A DNA stretch of 64,000 bases from an uncultured Gemmatimonadaceae bacterium (GTDB taxonomy: Bacteria > Gemmatimonadota > Gemmatimonadetes > Gemmatimonadales > Gemmatimonadaceae): positions 352,001 through 416,000 of the forward strand of contig CAWBOC010000006.1 of assembly GCA_963790305.1 (NCBI GenBank). Direction: 5' to 3'. This document shows, one piece after another, positions 39,750 to 50,557 of the stretch. Within the stretch, counting starts at the first letter, position 1, and every line of letters begins with the position of its first letter. The notes under the pieces are model-generated. The model did no database searches. It was not told where the DNA came from and was given only the letters and a program-made list of their open reading frames with translations. Position numbers and translations under genes: made by a program.

Positions 39750-40666
39750 TGCGGCGCCGGGATCAGCCATACGTTCAGGAGCCAGTAGGCCACGGGCAAC
39801 GCGAATAGCATCCCATCAATGCGGTCCAGGACACCGCCGTGACCGGGAATGATGTGCGAGCTGTCCTTCACCCCTGCCTGTCGCTTGATAAGGGACTCCG
39901 CGAGATCGCCGAGCTGCACGGCGGTGCTCACGGCGATGCCGAAGAGTACAGCGTGGACCGGACGAAGACCGAGCTGTGCCTGGGGAATCAGTACGAATCG
40001 CACCAGGGCCCAGCTCGCGATCGCGGTGGCGAGAAGAGCGCCCACTGCGCCCGCGACGGTCTTCCCGGGACTCACCGAGGGAATGAGCTTGCGCCTCCCC
40101 ATCGTCTTTCCGACGACGTAGGCGCCGGTGTCGGAGATCCAGACGAGCACGAGCGGCAGCATCAGCAACGCGGTTCCTGCGGCTCTCCCGATCGCGTACT
40201 GGTGATATCGCAACACATACGCGAACGAGAGCAGGGCTCCGGTATACAGGATACCGAACACCGTGAGCGACACGGATTCGAGCGCGCGTCCGTTCACGCC
40301 GCGAACGAATATCGCGGCGCTGAACAATCCAACGACGAGCACTGCACCCAGCAATGGCGAAACGACGGCGTCGACCTGAAGGCCGAGATATCGCGCGTGG
40401 ACCGCCAGTGGAAGCACGGCCGCGATCGCGATTCCCGCCCGCGCCATGGGACGCGTGCCAAGCTTCTCCGCGATGCGGTAGAATTCCCAAGCAGCGAGCG
40501 CACTCGCGATCGCGAGGATACTCGCGAGCGCCCAATCGCCGAACCACACCGCCGCCAGAACCATCGGAATCGCGACGAGCGCGAACAGCGTCCGCTGCGC
40601 GAGATTCGAGAGGCCGCCCTGCGCAGAGGGGACCCTCTCGCGCGGCGGTGTGCTGGCGTCAGTCAT
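39746..40666 (-). CDS. cdsA: Phosphatidate cytidylyltransferase
   Basis: SDTGAY, SPGKTVAG, GDLAESLIKR, PGHGGVLDRID. Confidence 0.95.
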   Translation of the reverse strand: MTDASTPPRERVPSAQGGLSNLAQRTLFALVAIPMVLAAVWFGDWALASILAIASALAAWEFYRIAEKLGTRPMARAGIAIAAVLPLAVHARYLGLQVDAVVSPLLGAVLVVGLFSAAIFVRGVNGRALESVSLTVFGILYTGALLSFAYVLRYHQYAIGRAAGTALLMLPLVLVWISDTGAYVVGKTMGRRKLIPSVSPGKTVAGAVGALLATAIASWALVRFVLIPQAQLGLRPVHAVLFGIAVSTAVQLGDLAESLIKRQAGVKDSSHIIPGHGGVLDRIDGMLFALPVAYWLLNVWLIPAPQ

Positions 40667-40682
40667 GATGGGCAACCGCCGG

Positions 40683-41426
40683 TCAGGCGGTGACCTTTCC
40701 GAAGCGCCGCTCGCGGCTTTGATACTCCAGGATCGCGGCGTACAGATCGCGGCGCGTGAAGTCGGGCCACATCACGGGAATGATGTGCAGCTCCGTGTAC
40801 GCGAGCTGCCAGAGCATGAAGTTCGAGATGCGCTGCTCGCCGGAGGTGCGAATCAGCAGGTCCGGGTCGGGGCTTCCATTGGTGTAGAGATGCGCGCGGA
40901 ACGCGTTCTCATCGATGTCGGCCGGGTCCAGACTGCCCTCGGCAGCTGCTTCGGCCAGTCGGCGTGCGGCGCGAACCAGCTCGGCGCGCGCGCCGTACGA
41001 AATGAAGAGCTGCACGGTGAGTCGATCGTTATGGGCGGTGGCATCCATCACGCCGTCGACTGCCTGACGAGCGCCGGCGGCCAACCGCTCCAGATCGCCC
41101 AGAACACGCACGCGAACGCCGTTGGCAATGAGCTCGGCCTTCTCCCGCTCGACGTACTCCTCGAGCAGCGACATGAGCGCGGTGACCTCGGTAGGCGGCC
41201 GCTGCCAATTCTCCTGCGAGAACGCAAACAGCGAGAGCACCTCGAGCCCCGCCTGGATGGAGCCCTCGACGGCCTCGCGCACCGACTTCATGCCGTTGCG
41301 GTGACCCAGCGCCCGCGGCAAGTGACGCTCGCGTGCCCAACGGCCGTTGCCATCCATGATGATGGCGACGTGGCGGGGAACGGCGCCGTTCAGACGAATG
41401 CGCGCGAGGAGCTCATCGGAGGTCAT
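40683..41426 (-). CDS. uppS: Undecaprenyl diphosphate synthase
   Basis: IMDGNGRW, FSQENWQRP, RTSGEQRISNF. Confidence 0.97.
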   Translation of the reverse strand: MTSDELLARIRLNGAVPRHVAIIMDGNGRWARERHLPRALGHRNGMKSVREAVEGSIQAGLEVLSLFAFSQENWQRPPTEVTALMSLLEEYVEREKAELIANGVRVRVLGDLERLAAGARQAVDGVMDATAHNDRLTVQLFISYGARAELVRAARRLAEAAAEGSLDPADIDENAFRAHLYTNGSPDPDLLIRTSGEQRISNFMLWQLAYTELHIIPVMWPDFTRRDLYAAILEYQSRERRFGKVTA

Positions 41427-41433
41427 TCCTTGC

Positions 41434-41988
41434 TCACACCTCCATGATCTCAGCCTCTTTCGCTTTCAGCAGCTCGTCGATCTTGTGGATGAAATCGTCG
41501 TGCAGCTTCTGCAAATCCTTCTCGGCGTGCTTCTTGTCGTCCTCTGAGACCTTGTCGAGCTTTTTGATCGCCTCGCGCCCATGCGTGCGAGCATGACGGA
41601 CCGCAATGCGCCCTTCCTCCGCCAGCTTGTGCACGATCTTCACCAGATCGCGGCGACGCTCCTCGTTGAGCGCTGGCAGCGGGACGCGGATGACGTTGCC
41701 CGCCGTCGCGGGATTGAGCCCGAGGTCCGAATCCCGAATCGCCTTTTCGATCGCGTGTGCGAGTCCCTTGTCCCACGGCGTCACCGTCAGAAGCCTCGGC
41801 TCCGGCGCAGCGACCGCGGCCACCTGGTTCAGCGACATGTGCTGGCCGTAGGCTTCCACACGTATCGTGTCGAGCAGATTCGGTGACGCCTTTCCGCTAC
41901 GAATGGATCCGAATTCCCGGCGCGAGCTCTCGAGCGCCTTTTCCATCGCGGTGCGCGTGTCCTTCAGAATCTGGGGTATGGTGCTCAT
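41434..41988 (-). CDS. frr: Ribosome recycling factor
   Basis: [27 protein letters not shown]. Confidence 0.97.
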   Translation of the reverse strand: MSTIPQILKDTRTAMEKALESSRREFGSIRSGKASPNLLDTIRVEAYGQHMSLNQVAAVAAPEPRLLTVTPWDKGLAHAIEKAIRDSDLGLNPATAGNVIRVPLPALNEERRRDLVKIVHKLAEEGRIAVRHARTHGREAIKKLDKVSEDDKKHAEKDLQKLHDDFIHKIDELLKAKEAEIMEV

Positions 41989-42698
41989 TGGACGAGAGTG
42001 CCGACGCGCTCGCCCGATACCGCGCTCGCGACGGCGCCGTTCTTGTGGATGTTGAGCACGATGAGCGGAAGCTTGTTTTCCGCACAGAGCGTGATCGCGG
42101 TCTGATCCATCACGCGGAGCTCCTGGAGCATCACATCCCGGTAGCTGATCGTTTCGTAGAAGCGCGCGGCCGGATCGGTCTTGGGATCGGCCGAGTAGAC
42201 GCCATCCACGCTCGTCGCCTTGATGATCACCTCGGCCTTCATCTGGATGGCACGCAGCACTGCGGCGGTGTCGGTCGAAAAGTACGGGTTCCCCGTACCA
42301 GCCGCAAAGATCACGGTGCGCCCTTTCTCGAAATGACGCAACGCCCGGCGTCTGATGTACGGCTCGGCCACCTCCTCCATGCGGATGGCGGTCATCACAC
42401 GGGTGACGACTCCTTTGCGCTCCAGCACATCCTGCAGCGCAAGCGCATTGATGACGGTCCCGAGCATTCCCATGTAGTCGGAGCCGACGCGGTCCATCCC
42501 CATCTTGGCGAGCTGGGACCCGCGGACAATGTTGCCGCCGCCGACCACCAGGCCGACGGCGACACCCATATCGGAAACGCGCTTCACCTCATCGGCGAGC
42601 CGTCCGACCGTCCCGAAGTCGAAGCCGAACCCTTTGTCGCCGGCCAACGCCTCACCGGACAGCTTGAGGAGAATCCGGCGATAGCGCAGCTCCGTCAC
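41985..42698 (-). CDS. pyrH: UMP kinase
   Basis: [25 protein letters not shown] start. Confidence 0.97.
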   Translation of the reverse strand: MTELRYRRILLKLSGEALAGDKGFGFDFGTVGRLADEVKRVSDMGVAVGLVVGGGNIVRGSQLAKMGMDRVGSDYMGMLGTVINALALQDVLERKGVVTRVMTAIRMEEVAEPYIRRRALRHFEKGRTVIFAAGTGNPYFSTDTAAVLRAIQMKAEVIIKATSVDGVYSADPKTDPAARFYETISYRDVMLQELRVMDQTAITLCAENKLPLIVLNIHKNGAVASAVSGERVGTLVQ

Positions 42699-42705
42699 GC
42701 GAGAG

Positions 42706-43311
42706 TCACTCCTCGCCCATCTGGAATCGAACGAAGCGGCGCACCTGCACGTTCTCGCCGAGCCGCGACGAGGCTTCCTTGACGAGGTCGCCGATCGTCT
42801 TCTTGTCCTCGCGGATCCACGGCTGCGAGAGCAGCGCCACCTGCTTGTAGTACGACTCCAGCTTCCCGTCGACGATCTTGGCAACGAGATGGTCGGGCTT
42901 GCCGCTGGCACGCACCTGCTCTTCGGCGATGCGGCGCTCACGATCCACCGCGTCGGCGGGGACGCCTTCCTTGTCGACGGAGAGCGGCGCGGCGCTCGCA
43001 ATGTGCATCGCGATTTCCCGCGCCAGCGTCTTGAAGTCGTCGGTTCGCGCGACGAAGTCCGTCTCGCAGTTGAGCTCGACCAGCACGCCGATCTTTCCCG
43101 GCGGATGGATGTAGCTCGTGATCACGCCCTCCGACGTCGTGCGGCCAGCGCGCTTCTCGGCCTTGGCGATTCCCTTCTTGCGGAGATATTCGACCGCCTT
43201 CTCCATGTCGCCGGCCGTCTCCTCCAGCGCCTTCTTGCACTCCATCATCCCCGCGCCGGTGCGGCGGCGGAGCTCCTGAACATCCTTCGCGGTAAATGTC
43301 ACAGTCGTCAT
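42706..43311 (-). CDS. tsf: Elongation factor Ts (short form)
   Basis: [24 protein letters not shown]. Confidence 0.97.
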   Translation of the reverse strand: MTTVTFTAKDVQELRRRTGAGMMECKKALEETAGDMEKAVEYLRKKGIAKAEKRAGRTTSEGVITSYIHPPGKIGVLVELNCETDFVARTDDFKTLAREIAMHIASAAPLSVDKEGVPADAVDRERRIAEEQVRASGKPDHLVAKIVDGKLESYYKQVALLSQPWIREDKKTIGDLVKEASSRLGENVQVRRFVRFQMGEE

Positions 43312-43409
43312 CGTTATGTCTCCCTGGTACGTCAACGCCGCCGGCGAGTCACACCGGCGGCGCTGTAGTCTACTTCCAACGCGCGGGTGACACTACCCCG
43401 CCGCGCACG

Positions 43410-44303
43410 TCACTGCTCGGTGCTGTCTCCGCCGTCTGTCGGTGCCTCGCTCTCCGCCGCGTCACCGCCAGTCTTGAGACGGGCCGCGATGGCCTCGGGC
43501 TTCGCGCGACGGCGGCGCGGACGCCGACGGCGCTTCTTGTCGGCATCGTCTGCCGGCTCCACACCACGGTCGGAGCTGTATGTCGTCTGCTCGCCTTCAT
43601 CCTCATCGGAGCGCACCGGGGCCGCGAGGCGCGCTTCGGCGATCGAATCGGCGATGGCCTTCGTGATCAGTTCGACCGAGCGGATCGCATCATCATTGCC
43701 CGCGATGGGCACGGTGATCAGATCGGGATCGGCATTCGTGTCGACAATGCCGACGATCGGAATGCCGAGCTTGTTCGCCTCGTTGACGGCGATCTTTTCC
43801 TTCTTCGAGTCGATGACGAAGAGGAGGCCCGGGAGGCGCGACATGTTTCTGATGCCGGAGAGGTTCTTCTCCAGCTTCTCGCGCTCACGTGAGAGGAGCA
43901 GCTGCTCCTTCTTCGTATAGTTCTCGAACTCACCGCCTTCCTCGCCGCCCTTCTGCAGCTCCTTCATGCGACGGATCTGCTTCTTCACGGTCTGGAAGTT
44001 CGTGAGCAGGCCGCCGAGCCAGCGCTCGGTGACGTGCATCGCGTTGCAGCGGTCGGCCTGCTCCTGCACGATCGCCTTCAGCTGTCGCTTCGTGCAGACG
44101 AAGAGGACGTTGTCACCCCGCATGACGACGTCGCGCACGAGCTTCTGCGCCAGCTCGAGCTGACGCAGCGTCTTCTGCAGGTCGATGATGTAAATGCCGT
44201 TGCGCTCGGCGAAAATGAACCGGCGCATCTTGGGGTTCCACCGGCGCGTCTGATGGCCGAAGTGAACACCCGCTTCGAGGAGCTGCTCCAACGATGGTTG
44301 CAT
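43410..44303 (-). CDS. rpsB: 30S ribosomal protein S2
   Basis: [34 protein letters not shown]. Confidence 0.98.
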   Translation of the reverse strand: MQPSLEQLLEAGVHFGHQTRRWNPKMRRFIFAERNGIYIIDLQKTLRQLELAQKLVRDVVMRGDNVLFVCTKRQLKAIVQEQADRCNAMHVTERWLGGLLTNFQTVKKQIRRMKELQKGGEEGGEFENYTKKEQLLLSREREKLEKNLSGIRNMSRLPGLLFVIDSKKEKIAVNEANKLGIPIVGIVDTNADPDLITVPIAGNDDAIRSVELITKAIADSIAEARLAAPVRSDEDEGEQTTYSSDRGVEPADDADKKRRRRPRRRRAKPEAIAARLKTGGDAAESEAPTDGGDSTEQ

Positions 44304-44321
44304 GCGAATCGATGTCCTTCT

Positions 44322-44398
44322 CGGGTTAGTCCGCCGCTTCCGTCATCATCGCTTGCGACCGGTTGCCCGGCACCCGCAGCGACTCGGGAGGCGTGTGA
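44322..44398 (-). promoter_or_regulatory. rpsB (S2) autoregulatory leader RNA
   Basis: CACACG...GGGTGCC-stem...GGACTAACCC directly 5' of rpsB; GGGU/ACCC pseudoknot potential as in known S2 leaders. Confidence 0.65.
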
Positions 44399-44408
44399 AG
44401 TTAAAACA

Positions 44409-44493
44409 GGGCGCTAGGGGCGCTCAAGGGCGCTACGAGCGCTAAGGGGCAAGCAGTTCAGCGCTCGTAGCGCCTCTAGCGCCCTTGAGCGCC
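44409..44493. repeat. Inverted repeat of tandem ~9-10-nt GGCGCT-core units
   Basis: gggcgctaggggcgctcaagggcgctacgagcgct ... agcgctcgtagcgcctctagcgcccttgagcgcc. Confidence 0.85.
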
Positions 44494-44502
44494 TTTGTTT
44501 CT

Positions 44503-44898
44503 CTATCTCTTGGAGAACTGGAACCGCTTTCTCGCCTTGGGCCGCCCCGGCTTCTTGCGCTCGACCGCGCGCGCATCGCGCGTGAGCAGGCCGAGGTCGC
44601 GCAGCTTCCGCCGATGCACGTCGTCGAGCTTCACCAGTGCGCGGGCAACAGCGAGACGAAGCGCCCCTGCCTGTCCGCTCACGCCACCGCCCTCAATGCG
44701 CGCGCGTACGTCGAAGCGCCCAAGCGTGTCAGTGGCTGTGAACGGCTGCTGGATCGCCGAGACGAGCGTCGGACGCGGGAAGTAGTCACCGAGCGTGCGC
44801 CCGTTGACGTCCCACTTTCCGGAACCCGGCTTCAGATACACCCGGCAGACGCTCTCCTTGCGCCGGCCAATGGCGTGATTGTTCGTCGCTTCCGCCAT
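44503..44898 (-). CDS. rpsI: 30S ribosomal protein S9
   Basis: GRRKES, GGGVSGQAGA, ERKKPG...QFSKR. Confidence 0.98.
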   Translation of the reverse strand: MAEATNNHAIGRRKESVCRVYLKPGSGKWDVNGRTLGDYFPRPTLVSAIQQPFTATDTLGRFDVRARIEGGGVSGQAGALRLAVARALVKLDDVHRRKLRDLGLLTRDARAVERKKPGRPKARKRFQFSKR

Positions 44899-45347
44899 TA
44901 CTCCTTCTCGCTCTTCTTGAGGTTGACCACGGTCGGCTGCTGCGCGGTGTGCGGATGCTGCTCGCCCGCGTACACCTTGAGCTTGAGCCGAAGCTTCTGC
45001 CGACCGAGCGTCGACTTCGGCAACATGCCGAACACGGCCTTCTCGATGACGCGCTCGGGGTGCTTCTCGATCATTGTGGCAAACGGCGTAAAACGCTCGT
45101 GTCCCATGTAGCCGGTGTGCCTGAAATACTCTTTCTGTTCGGCCTTCCGACCGGTGACGCGCACCTTCGACGCATTGATCACGATGACGTGATCCCCCGT
45201 GTCCATGTGCGGGGTGAACGTCGGCTTGTGCTTGCCGCGGATGATCTTGGCGACTTCGGACGCGAGGCGGCCGAGCACCATCCCATCCGCGTCGACCAGG
45301 AACCAGCGGCGCTCGATGTCTTTCGGCGTTGCGCTGAACGTTTTCAT
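44898..45347 (-). CDS. rplM: 50S ribosomal protein L13
   Basis: LGRLAS, GKHKPTFTPH, GMLPK, HPHTAQQP. Confidence 0.98.
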   Translation of the reverse strand: MKTFSATPKDIERRWFLVDADGMVLGRLASEVAKIIRGKHKPTFTPHMDTGDHVIVINASKVRVTGRKAEQKEYFRHTGYMGHERFTPFATMIEKHPERVIEKAVFGMLPKSTLGRQKLRLKLKVYAGEQHPHTAQQPTVVNLKKSEKE

Positions 45348-45433
45348 GATTTTCGGATTGGAACCCTACGCCGTCCGCGAGCCGGTGGCTCGCAGACCAG
45401 CCTCAAGTCAGGCGCTATTTTTGACAGACTCGA

Positions 45434-45462
45434 AAGCTAGGCAAGCACTTACGACGTGTCAA
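45434..45462 (-). promoter_or_regulatory. Sigma70-type promoter of rplM-rpsI
   Basis: TTGACA-17-TAGCTT. Confidence 0.7.
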
Positions 45463-45468
45463 CGGTCG

Positions 45469-47184
45469 TTAAGGGCTGCCCCGCCCAGCCGCCACGTCGC
45501 GCCGCGTCACCGGCGATCCGATCGCCTCGATTTTCTGCTCGGCGCCAGGTCTGGTCCCGCGCGTCGCGCGGATGGTGAGCTGAGTGTCTCGCGGGATGCC
45601 GCACAGCTGGTAATAGCCTGTCGCATCGGTCTCGACCTCGAGCGCGGCTTGCCGTACCCCGACGGTCGGCCCCCGAGCAATGAGCGCGCGCCACGTAACA
45701 GTCACCGTCGCATTCGGGACCACGGCGGGCGATGACCCCTCGCGAACGTATCCGTAAAGCAACGTGGGGGGTTGGCTCGCGGCGCCGCCCGACTGCCGTT
45801 CGCAGACGGAGCGCGCCACCTGCTCGTCGGTCGGCATCGTCAGCTGATGCTCGGTCGCACTGGTCACGTGAACCTCGACCACCGGCCCAACCACTCCGAC
45901 GGTGTCGAAACGCGGATGGGTAAACGAGAGCCGGTAACGCCCAGGGGTCACGTCCAGCATGGCGAATAGTCCGTCACGGTCGGTAACGGACGAATGGCCG
46001 GTTCCCGACAGGAATGCGCGAGCTCCCGGCACGGGCACGCCGTCAGCGGTGCGCACCGACCCTTGCACCGCATACGTCACGGTGGGCGGTGGTGCGGCAC
46101 GGGGACGTTCCGTGTCGAGACTCACGATCCGGCCGCCTTCCTCGTGCGTCCCAATGAGCTCGGTGACACGCTCGGAGGGAAGCTCGCCGGCGACGGGCAC
46201 TCCCGATCCGTATACGGATGCGGGTGGAGGCCGTCCCACCAGCGGCAGCCGTAACAGCCAGCGGTCGACGACCCAGGCCCCGCGCGGAAGGCGCCGAAAC
46301 TCGACCCATCCCTCGGCCCCATCACGCGGCACGGTCGGCGGTAGGTTGACGTACACGAAGTCGAGCCGTCGCAGCTCACCGCTCGCGGCGTCGAGCCACA
46401 ACGTTCCCTTGATGTCCGGCAGCAGCCGCCGGGGAATGGGCTCGATATCGAGGCCGACGCGGCCACGCTCCGTGCGTTCGTCGCGGACGCGAAAGCAATG
46501 CGTGCGCAGGAACTCCTCCGCAATGAGCGTTCTCGCTTCCGGCGCGTAGAACGTCACCGAGTCGCGGTTTTGGACGATGAACCCTTCTGTTTCGAGAACG
46601 CTCGCCGCGATCGCGACGAATGGCGCGGTGGTGGCGCCGGTTTGCGTCCACTTCCGTTCTTTTGTGACGAGCTTTCGGCGGTAGTCATAGTCCCGCTCAT
46701 GTCGTTCGATCGTTACGTACGGGTACCAACCCGTCTCGCCCGCCACTGCCGACGCCAGGACTCCGCGCACCGCGGACCAAACGCGGGCAGTTACAGTATC
46801 GGCTTCGGGGAGAACACGGCAGCGCGGACGGTCGGTAACGACGATGCGCTCGAGGCTCACCGACACGGCGGCGGCGCGAATCGGCTTCGTCTCCGTTTCA
46901 CCTTCGTCGAGGGTGAACCGGTCGGTGGTCATCGGGCGGAAGCCGAGCCGCTCGAAGCGCAGGCGATACGCTCCCGGCGAAGGCGCGCGTAAGCCGAACT
47001 CCCCGAGCGAGTCTGTGAGCACGGCGCGAATCACGGCGCCCCCAGCGTCGAGGAGCGTGATGACACCCGACTCGATCGCCCGCCCCGACTCCGCTTCACG
47101 CGCCGTGCCGCGTACGATCTGTCCGTGCGCCTTGGGCGCAAGGACGATCAGAAGGGCGAGGAAAATGACCAAGTGGATGGGCAT
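45469..47184 (-). CDS. Exported protein with multiple carboxypeptidase-regulatory-like domains
   Basis: Signal peptide; three T-D-x-x-G-x-[FY] beta-sandwich repeats. Confidence 0.8.
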   Translation of the reverse strand: MPIHLVIFLALLIVLAPKAHGQIVRGTAREAESGRAIESGVITLLDAGGAVIRAVLTDSLGEFGLRAPSPGAYRLRFERLGFRPMTTDRFTLDEGETETKPIRAAAVSVSLERIVVTDRPRCRVLPEADTVTARVWSAVRGVLASAVAGETGWYPYVTIERHERDYDYRRKLVTKERKWTQTGATTAPFVAIAASVLETEGFIVQNRDSVTFYAPEARTLIAEEFLRTHCFRVRDERTERGRVGLDIEPIPRRLLPDIKGTLWLDAASGELRRLDFVYVNLPPTVPRDGAEGWVEFRRLPRGAWVVDRWLLRLPLVGRPPPASVYGSGVPVAGELPSERVTELIGTHEEGGRIVSLDTERPRAAPPPTVTYAVQGSVRTADGVPVPGARAFLSGTGHSSVTDRDGLFAMLDVTPGRYRLSFTHPRFDTVGVVGPVVEVHVTSATEHQLTMPTDEQVARSVCERQSGGAASQPPTLLYGYVREGSSPAVVPNATVTVTWRALIARGPTVGVRQAALEVETDATGYYQLCGIPRDTQLTIRATRGTRPGAEQKIEAIGSPVTRRDVAAGRGSP

Positions 47185-47223
47185 GCGGGCGCTCCCTGCG
47201 GGTCCTGCGGAACAATATGCGCC

Positions 47224-47724
47224 TTACGACAGCTCCACCAGAACCGCCCCCTTCTCCACCGCGGCTCCTGCCTGAACTCGTACCGCGCTCACCGTCCCCG
47301 CGCTCTGGGCCCGCAGCTCGTTTTCCATCTTCATCGCTTCCATCACGACGATAGGTGCTCCGGGCTGGACGGCATCGCCGACCTGCACGTTGACCCGCAC
47401 GATCATGCCCGGCATTGGGGCGACGAGGGGCGCCGGCCCGGCCGGCCGGGCACCATCGCTGGACAGATCCCGAATTGCGCGCGTGCGCTCATCGAGCGCT
47501 TCCACCTCATAGCGATGACCGTCGATCCACAGGGCATACTCGCCGCGACGTGTCCCGCGCTTCATAACGATGCGATGCACCTCGGTGCCGATCGTCAACA
47601 CCTGTACCGGGGTGCCCTCGACGTCGGCCAGGTGCGCGCGCGAGATTTTCTCACCGACGCGAATGCCCTCGTCTCCGGTGGTGACGTCCATGCGCTCCCC
47701 ATTGACCGTCACGACGTATTTCAC
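47224..47724 (-). CDS. Biotin carboxyl carrier protein
   Basis: APMPG...EAMKMENE; GTG start overlapping the upstream stop. Confidence 0.93.
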   Translation of the reverse strand: MKYVVTVNGERMDVTTGDEGIRVGEKISRAHLADVEGTPVQVLTIGTEVHRIVMKRGTRRGEYALWIDGHRYEVEALDERTRAIRDLSSDGARPAGPAPLVAPMPGMIVRVNVQVGDAVQPGAPIVVMEAMKMENELRAQSAGTVSAVRVQAGAAVEKGAVLVELS

Positions 47725-48956
47725 GCCGCCTCCGGGACCAGCTCGCAGACGGTCTCGACATGTGCTGTTTGCGGAAACATGTCGAAGCTCTCGAGGGACG
47801 CGATGCGGTAGCTCGGGAGGCGTCCGACGTCGCGAGCGAGCGTCGCGGGATCGCAGCTGACATACACGATGGCGGCAGGCGTTGGGCGCACCGCTTCCAG
47901 GATCTCCGTGACACGCTTGTCGATGCCAGCGCGGGGGGGATTCAGGATTACGACGTCGGCGGGGAGCCCGTCTTCCAGGAGCTGCTCCACGCGTCCAGCG
48001 AGCACGCGGGACCCGGCAGGTAGCTGCGCGGCACTCCACGCCACGGCGTCGCGGTCGAGCTCGATCGCCGTCACGCGAACTCCCTGCGTCGCCAGCTCTC
48101 GCGCGGTGTGGCCCAGTCCCGCATACGCATCGATGGCGCTCAATGGATTGCGCGCCATCGCCAGCGCGATCACTCGCCGCCTCAACAGGACTGCGACAGC
48201 GGGATTGACCTGCGCGAAAGAGGCACCGGGCGCGCTCGCTGCCTGACGGGCGTGCACCCGTCGGCGCTCCTGTGCTTCCGGGATCCACCAGAGTGTGCCC
48301 AGACGCGGCACGGCGTCGAAGAATGCTCGGCTCGCCGGCCAATCGCGTCCACCTTCGATGGTCAGCGCGGCGGTGTTCTCATCGTCGAGGCGCAGCGCGC
48401 CGCGTAGCGCTTGCACCCGCGGCAGGTGCTCCGCCGCAGCAAGGACATCGCGCCATATGTCGAGCACGTCCTGATGCGTGATCGGACAATCCTGCAGGCG
48501 GAACACGCTGCGCGCATCGTCGAAGGGGTGCAGGCCGGCAATCCACTCCGCCCCACGACGACGCATCGCCAGGGTGAGCTTCCGCCGATAGCGCCACGGA
48601 GTCGGACTGGCCTGGACGACGGGGAGCTCGACCTCGCGCTGTCCGATGCGCTGCAGTGCGTCGCGCACGATCCGCGATTTTGCCTGGAGCTGCGCATCGT
48701 AGCCGAGATGCTGCAGCTGGCATCCGCCGCAGCGATCCATGACGAAATGCGCACACGACGGTTGAACCCGCTGGGACGAAGGCGTGCGCAGCTCGCGAAA
48801 CTCCGCGCGCGCGAATCGCCCTTTGTCCGGCATCTCCACCACACCGACGTCGCCGGGCGCGGAGCGCGGAACGAACACGACGCGTCCGTCAGCCCGGCCG
48901 ACACCGTCACCGCCGGCGGCAATGGAGTCGATCATCACCTCGGCTCGCACGATCAC
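47721..48956 (-). CDS. RlmD/TrmA-family RNA (uracil-5)-methyltransferase
   Basis: TRAM-like N-terminus, CGGC Fe-S motif, SFAQVN, DAYAGLG, NPPRAG, YVSC, DMFPQTAHVE. Confidence 0.9.
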   Translation of the reverse strand: MIVRAEVMIDSIAAGGDGVGRADGRVVFVPRSAPGDVGVVEMPDKGRFARAEFRELRTPSSQRVQPSCAHFVMDRCGGCQLQHLGYDAQLQAKSRIVRDALQRIGQREVELPVVQASPTPWRYRRKLTLAMRRRGAEWIAGLHPFDDARSVFRLQDCPITHQDVLDIWRDVLAAAEHLPRVQALRGALRLDDENTAALTIEGGRDWPASRAFFDAVPRLGTLWWIPEAQERRRVHARQAASAPGASFAQVNPAVAVLLRRRVIALAMARNPLSAIDAYAGLGHTARELATQGVRVTAIELDRDAVAWSAAQLPAGSRVLAGRVEQLLEDGLPADVVILNPPRAGIDKRVTEILEAVRPTPAAIVYVSCDPATLARDVGRLPSYRIASLESFDMFPQTAHVETVCELVPEAA

Positions 48957-50488
48957 CGCCTCCGCAAGCCGTCTCGGCGCGCCGCGCGTAGCCACGCGTC
49001 CTCGTGAGGTATTGCGGATTGGGTGGGTGAGCCACCTGAGGGCGTGACCTTCAACATCGCCGGCGCTGCTCGGTCTCGCTCGGCAAGAAGCACCGCGGCG
49101 ATGGCGGCGATGACCGGTCCACCGGCCGGCGGCTGGGTTCGCGTGAGCGACTCGAGGCGTCGCTCCAGCCATTGAATCTCAATGTCGCCCCGGCGGAACT
49201 CCGCGTCCTCCATGACGCGAAGATGGAAATCCCTCGACGTCGCCACGCCATCGATGGTCAGCTCGAGCAGCGCACGGTGCATCCGCGCAATGGCCGCATC
49301 GCGCGTGGGGGCCCACACGATGAGCTTCGCGAGCATTGCATCGTAATGAAGCCCGATCTCGCTCCCGACGCCGATGCCTCCGTCCCATCGCACACCGGGG
49401 CCCCCTGGGACACGGAGGTACCCGATGCGACCGATCGAGGGGAGAAAGCCGTTGGCCGGATCTTCGCTCGTTATGCGACATTCGATGGCCCAGCCCTTCG
49501 GAACGATGTCCTCCTGACGAAAGGGCAGTCGCTCCCCGGCCGCGATTCGCAGCTGCCACTGCACGAGGTCGATTCCGGTGACGAGCTCGGTAACCGGGTG
49601 CTCCACCTGCAAGCGGGTGTTCATCTCGAGAAAGTAGAACTGACCCTCACGATCGAGCAAAAACTCGCACGTCCCGGCGTTCACGTAGCCGGCCGCGCTT
49701 GCGGCCGCGACCGCCGTCTCTCCCATGCGTCGCCGCAAATCTGGGGAAACGGCCACGCTCGGTGCTTCCTCCACCATTTTCTGATGACGACGCTGAATGG
49801 AGCACTCGCGCTCGCCGAGCGACAGCACCGTCCCGTGCTGGTCGGCGAGAATCTGAATCTCCACGTGTCGAGGGCCGGCAATGTACTTCTCGATGTACAC
49901 CGCGTCGTCGCCAAATGCGTTGCGCGCTTCGCGACGCGCCGCCTCGAGTGCCGAGGCGAGGTCGGCCTCGCGAGCGACGACGCGCATTCCCTTGCCTCCA
50001 CCGCCCGCCGACGCCTTCACCAGCACGGGATATCCGAGTGAGGACGCAACGCCAATCGCTTCGGCGGCGTCTCGTACCGCGTCCTTCGTCCCCGGAACGA
50101 TCGGGACCCCCGCCGCCGTCGCCAGTCGGCGTGCCGAGGTCTTGCTGCCCATGGCCGCGATCGCCTCCGCCGGCGGCCCCACGAAGACGATCCCCGCGTC
50201 GCGCACGGCGCGCGCGAACCACTCGCGTTCGGAAAGAAACCCGTAGCCAGGATGAATCGCTTCGGCGCCAGTCTGCCGGGCAGCGTCGATGATTCGCTCA
50301 CCGCGCAGGTAGCTCTCCGCGGACGGCGCCGGCCCGATGTGGACGGCCTCGTCGGCTTCTCGCACATGCGGCGCCATTGCGTCCGCATCACTGTAGACGG
50401 CAACGGTGGCGACGCCGAGCTCACGACAGGCGCGAATGACCCGGAGCGCGATCTCGCCGCGGTTCGCGATCAGGACTTTACTGAACAT
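48953..50488 (-). CDS. accC: Biotin carboxylase subunit
   Basis: ANRGEIA, HPGYGFLSE, GGGGKGM, RECSIQRRHQK, EMNTRLQVEHP. Confidence 0.93.
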   Translation of the reverse strand: MFSKVLIANRGEIALRVIRACRELGVATVAVYSDADAMAPHVREADEAVHIGPAPSAESYLRGERIIDAARQTGAEAIHPGYGFLSEREWFARAVRDAGIVFVGPPAEAIAAMGSKTSARRLATAAGVPIVPGTKDAVRDAAEAIGVASSLGYPVLVKASAGGGGKGMRVVAREADLASALEAARREARNAFGDDAVYIEKYIAGPRHVEIQILADQHGTVLSLGERECSIQRRHQKMVEEAPSVAVSPDLRRRMGETAVAAASAAGYVNAGTCEFLLDREGQFYFLEMNTRLQVEHPVTELVTGIDLVQWQLRIAAGERLPFRQEDIVPKGWAIECRITSEDPANGFLPSIGRIGYLRVPGGPGVRWDGGIGVGSEIGLHYDAMLAKLIVWAPTRDAAIARMHRALLELTIDGVATSRDFHLRVMEDAEFRRGDIEIQWLERRLESLTRTQPPAGGPVIAAIAAVLLAERDRAAPAMLKVTPSGGSPTQSAIPHEDAWLRAARRDGLRRR

Positions 50489-50512
50489 GCATACTGAGGA
50501 GGGGTCGGGAGA

Positions 50513-50549
50513 GCGCAATGCGGAATGCGGAATGCGGAAGGGAATGCAC
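50513..50549. repeat. Solo arm of tandem GCGGAAT heptamers
   Basis: gcgcaatgcggaatgcggaatgcggaagggaatgc; same unit as 62148-62203. Confidence 0.75.
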
Positions 50550-50557
50550 TCTCCTCA

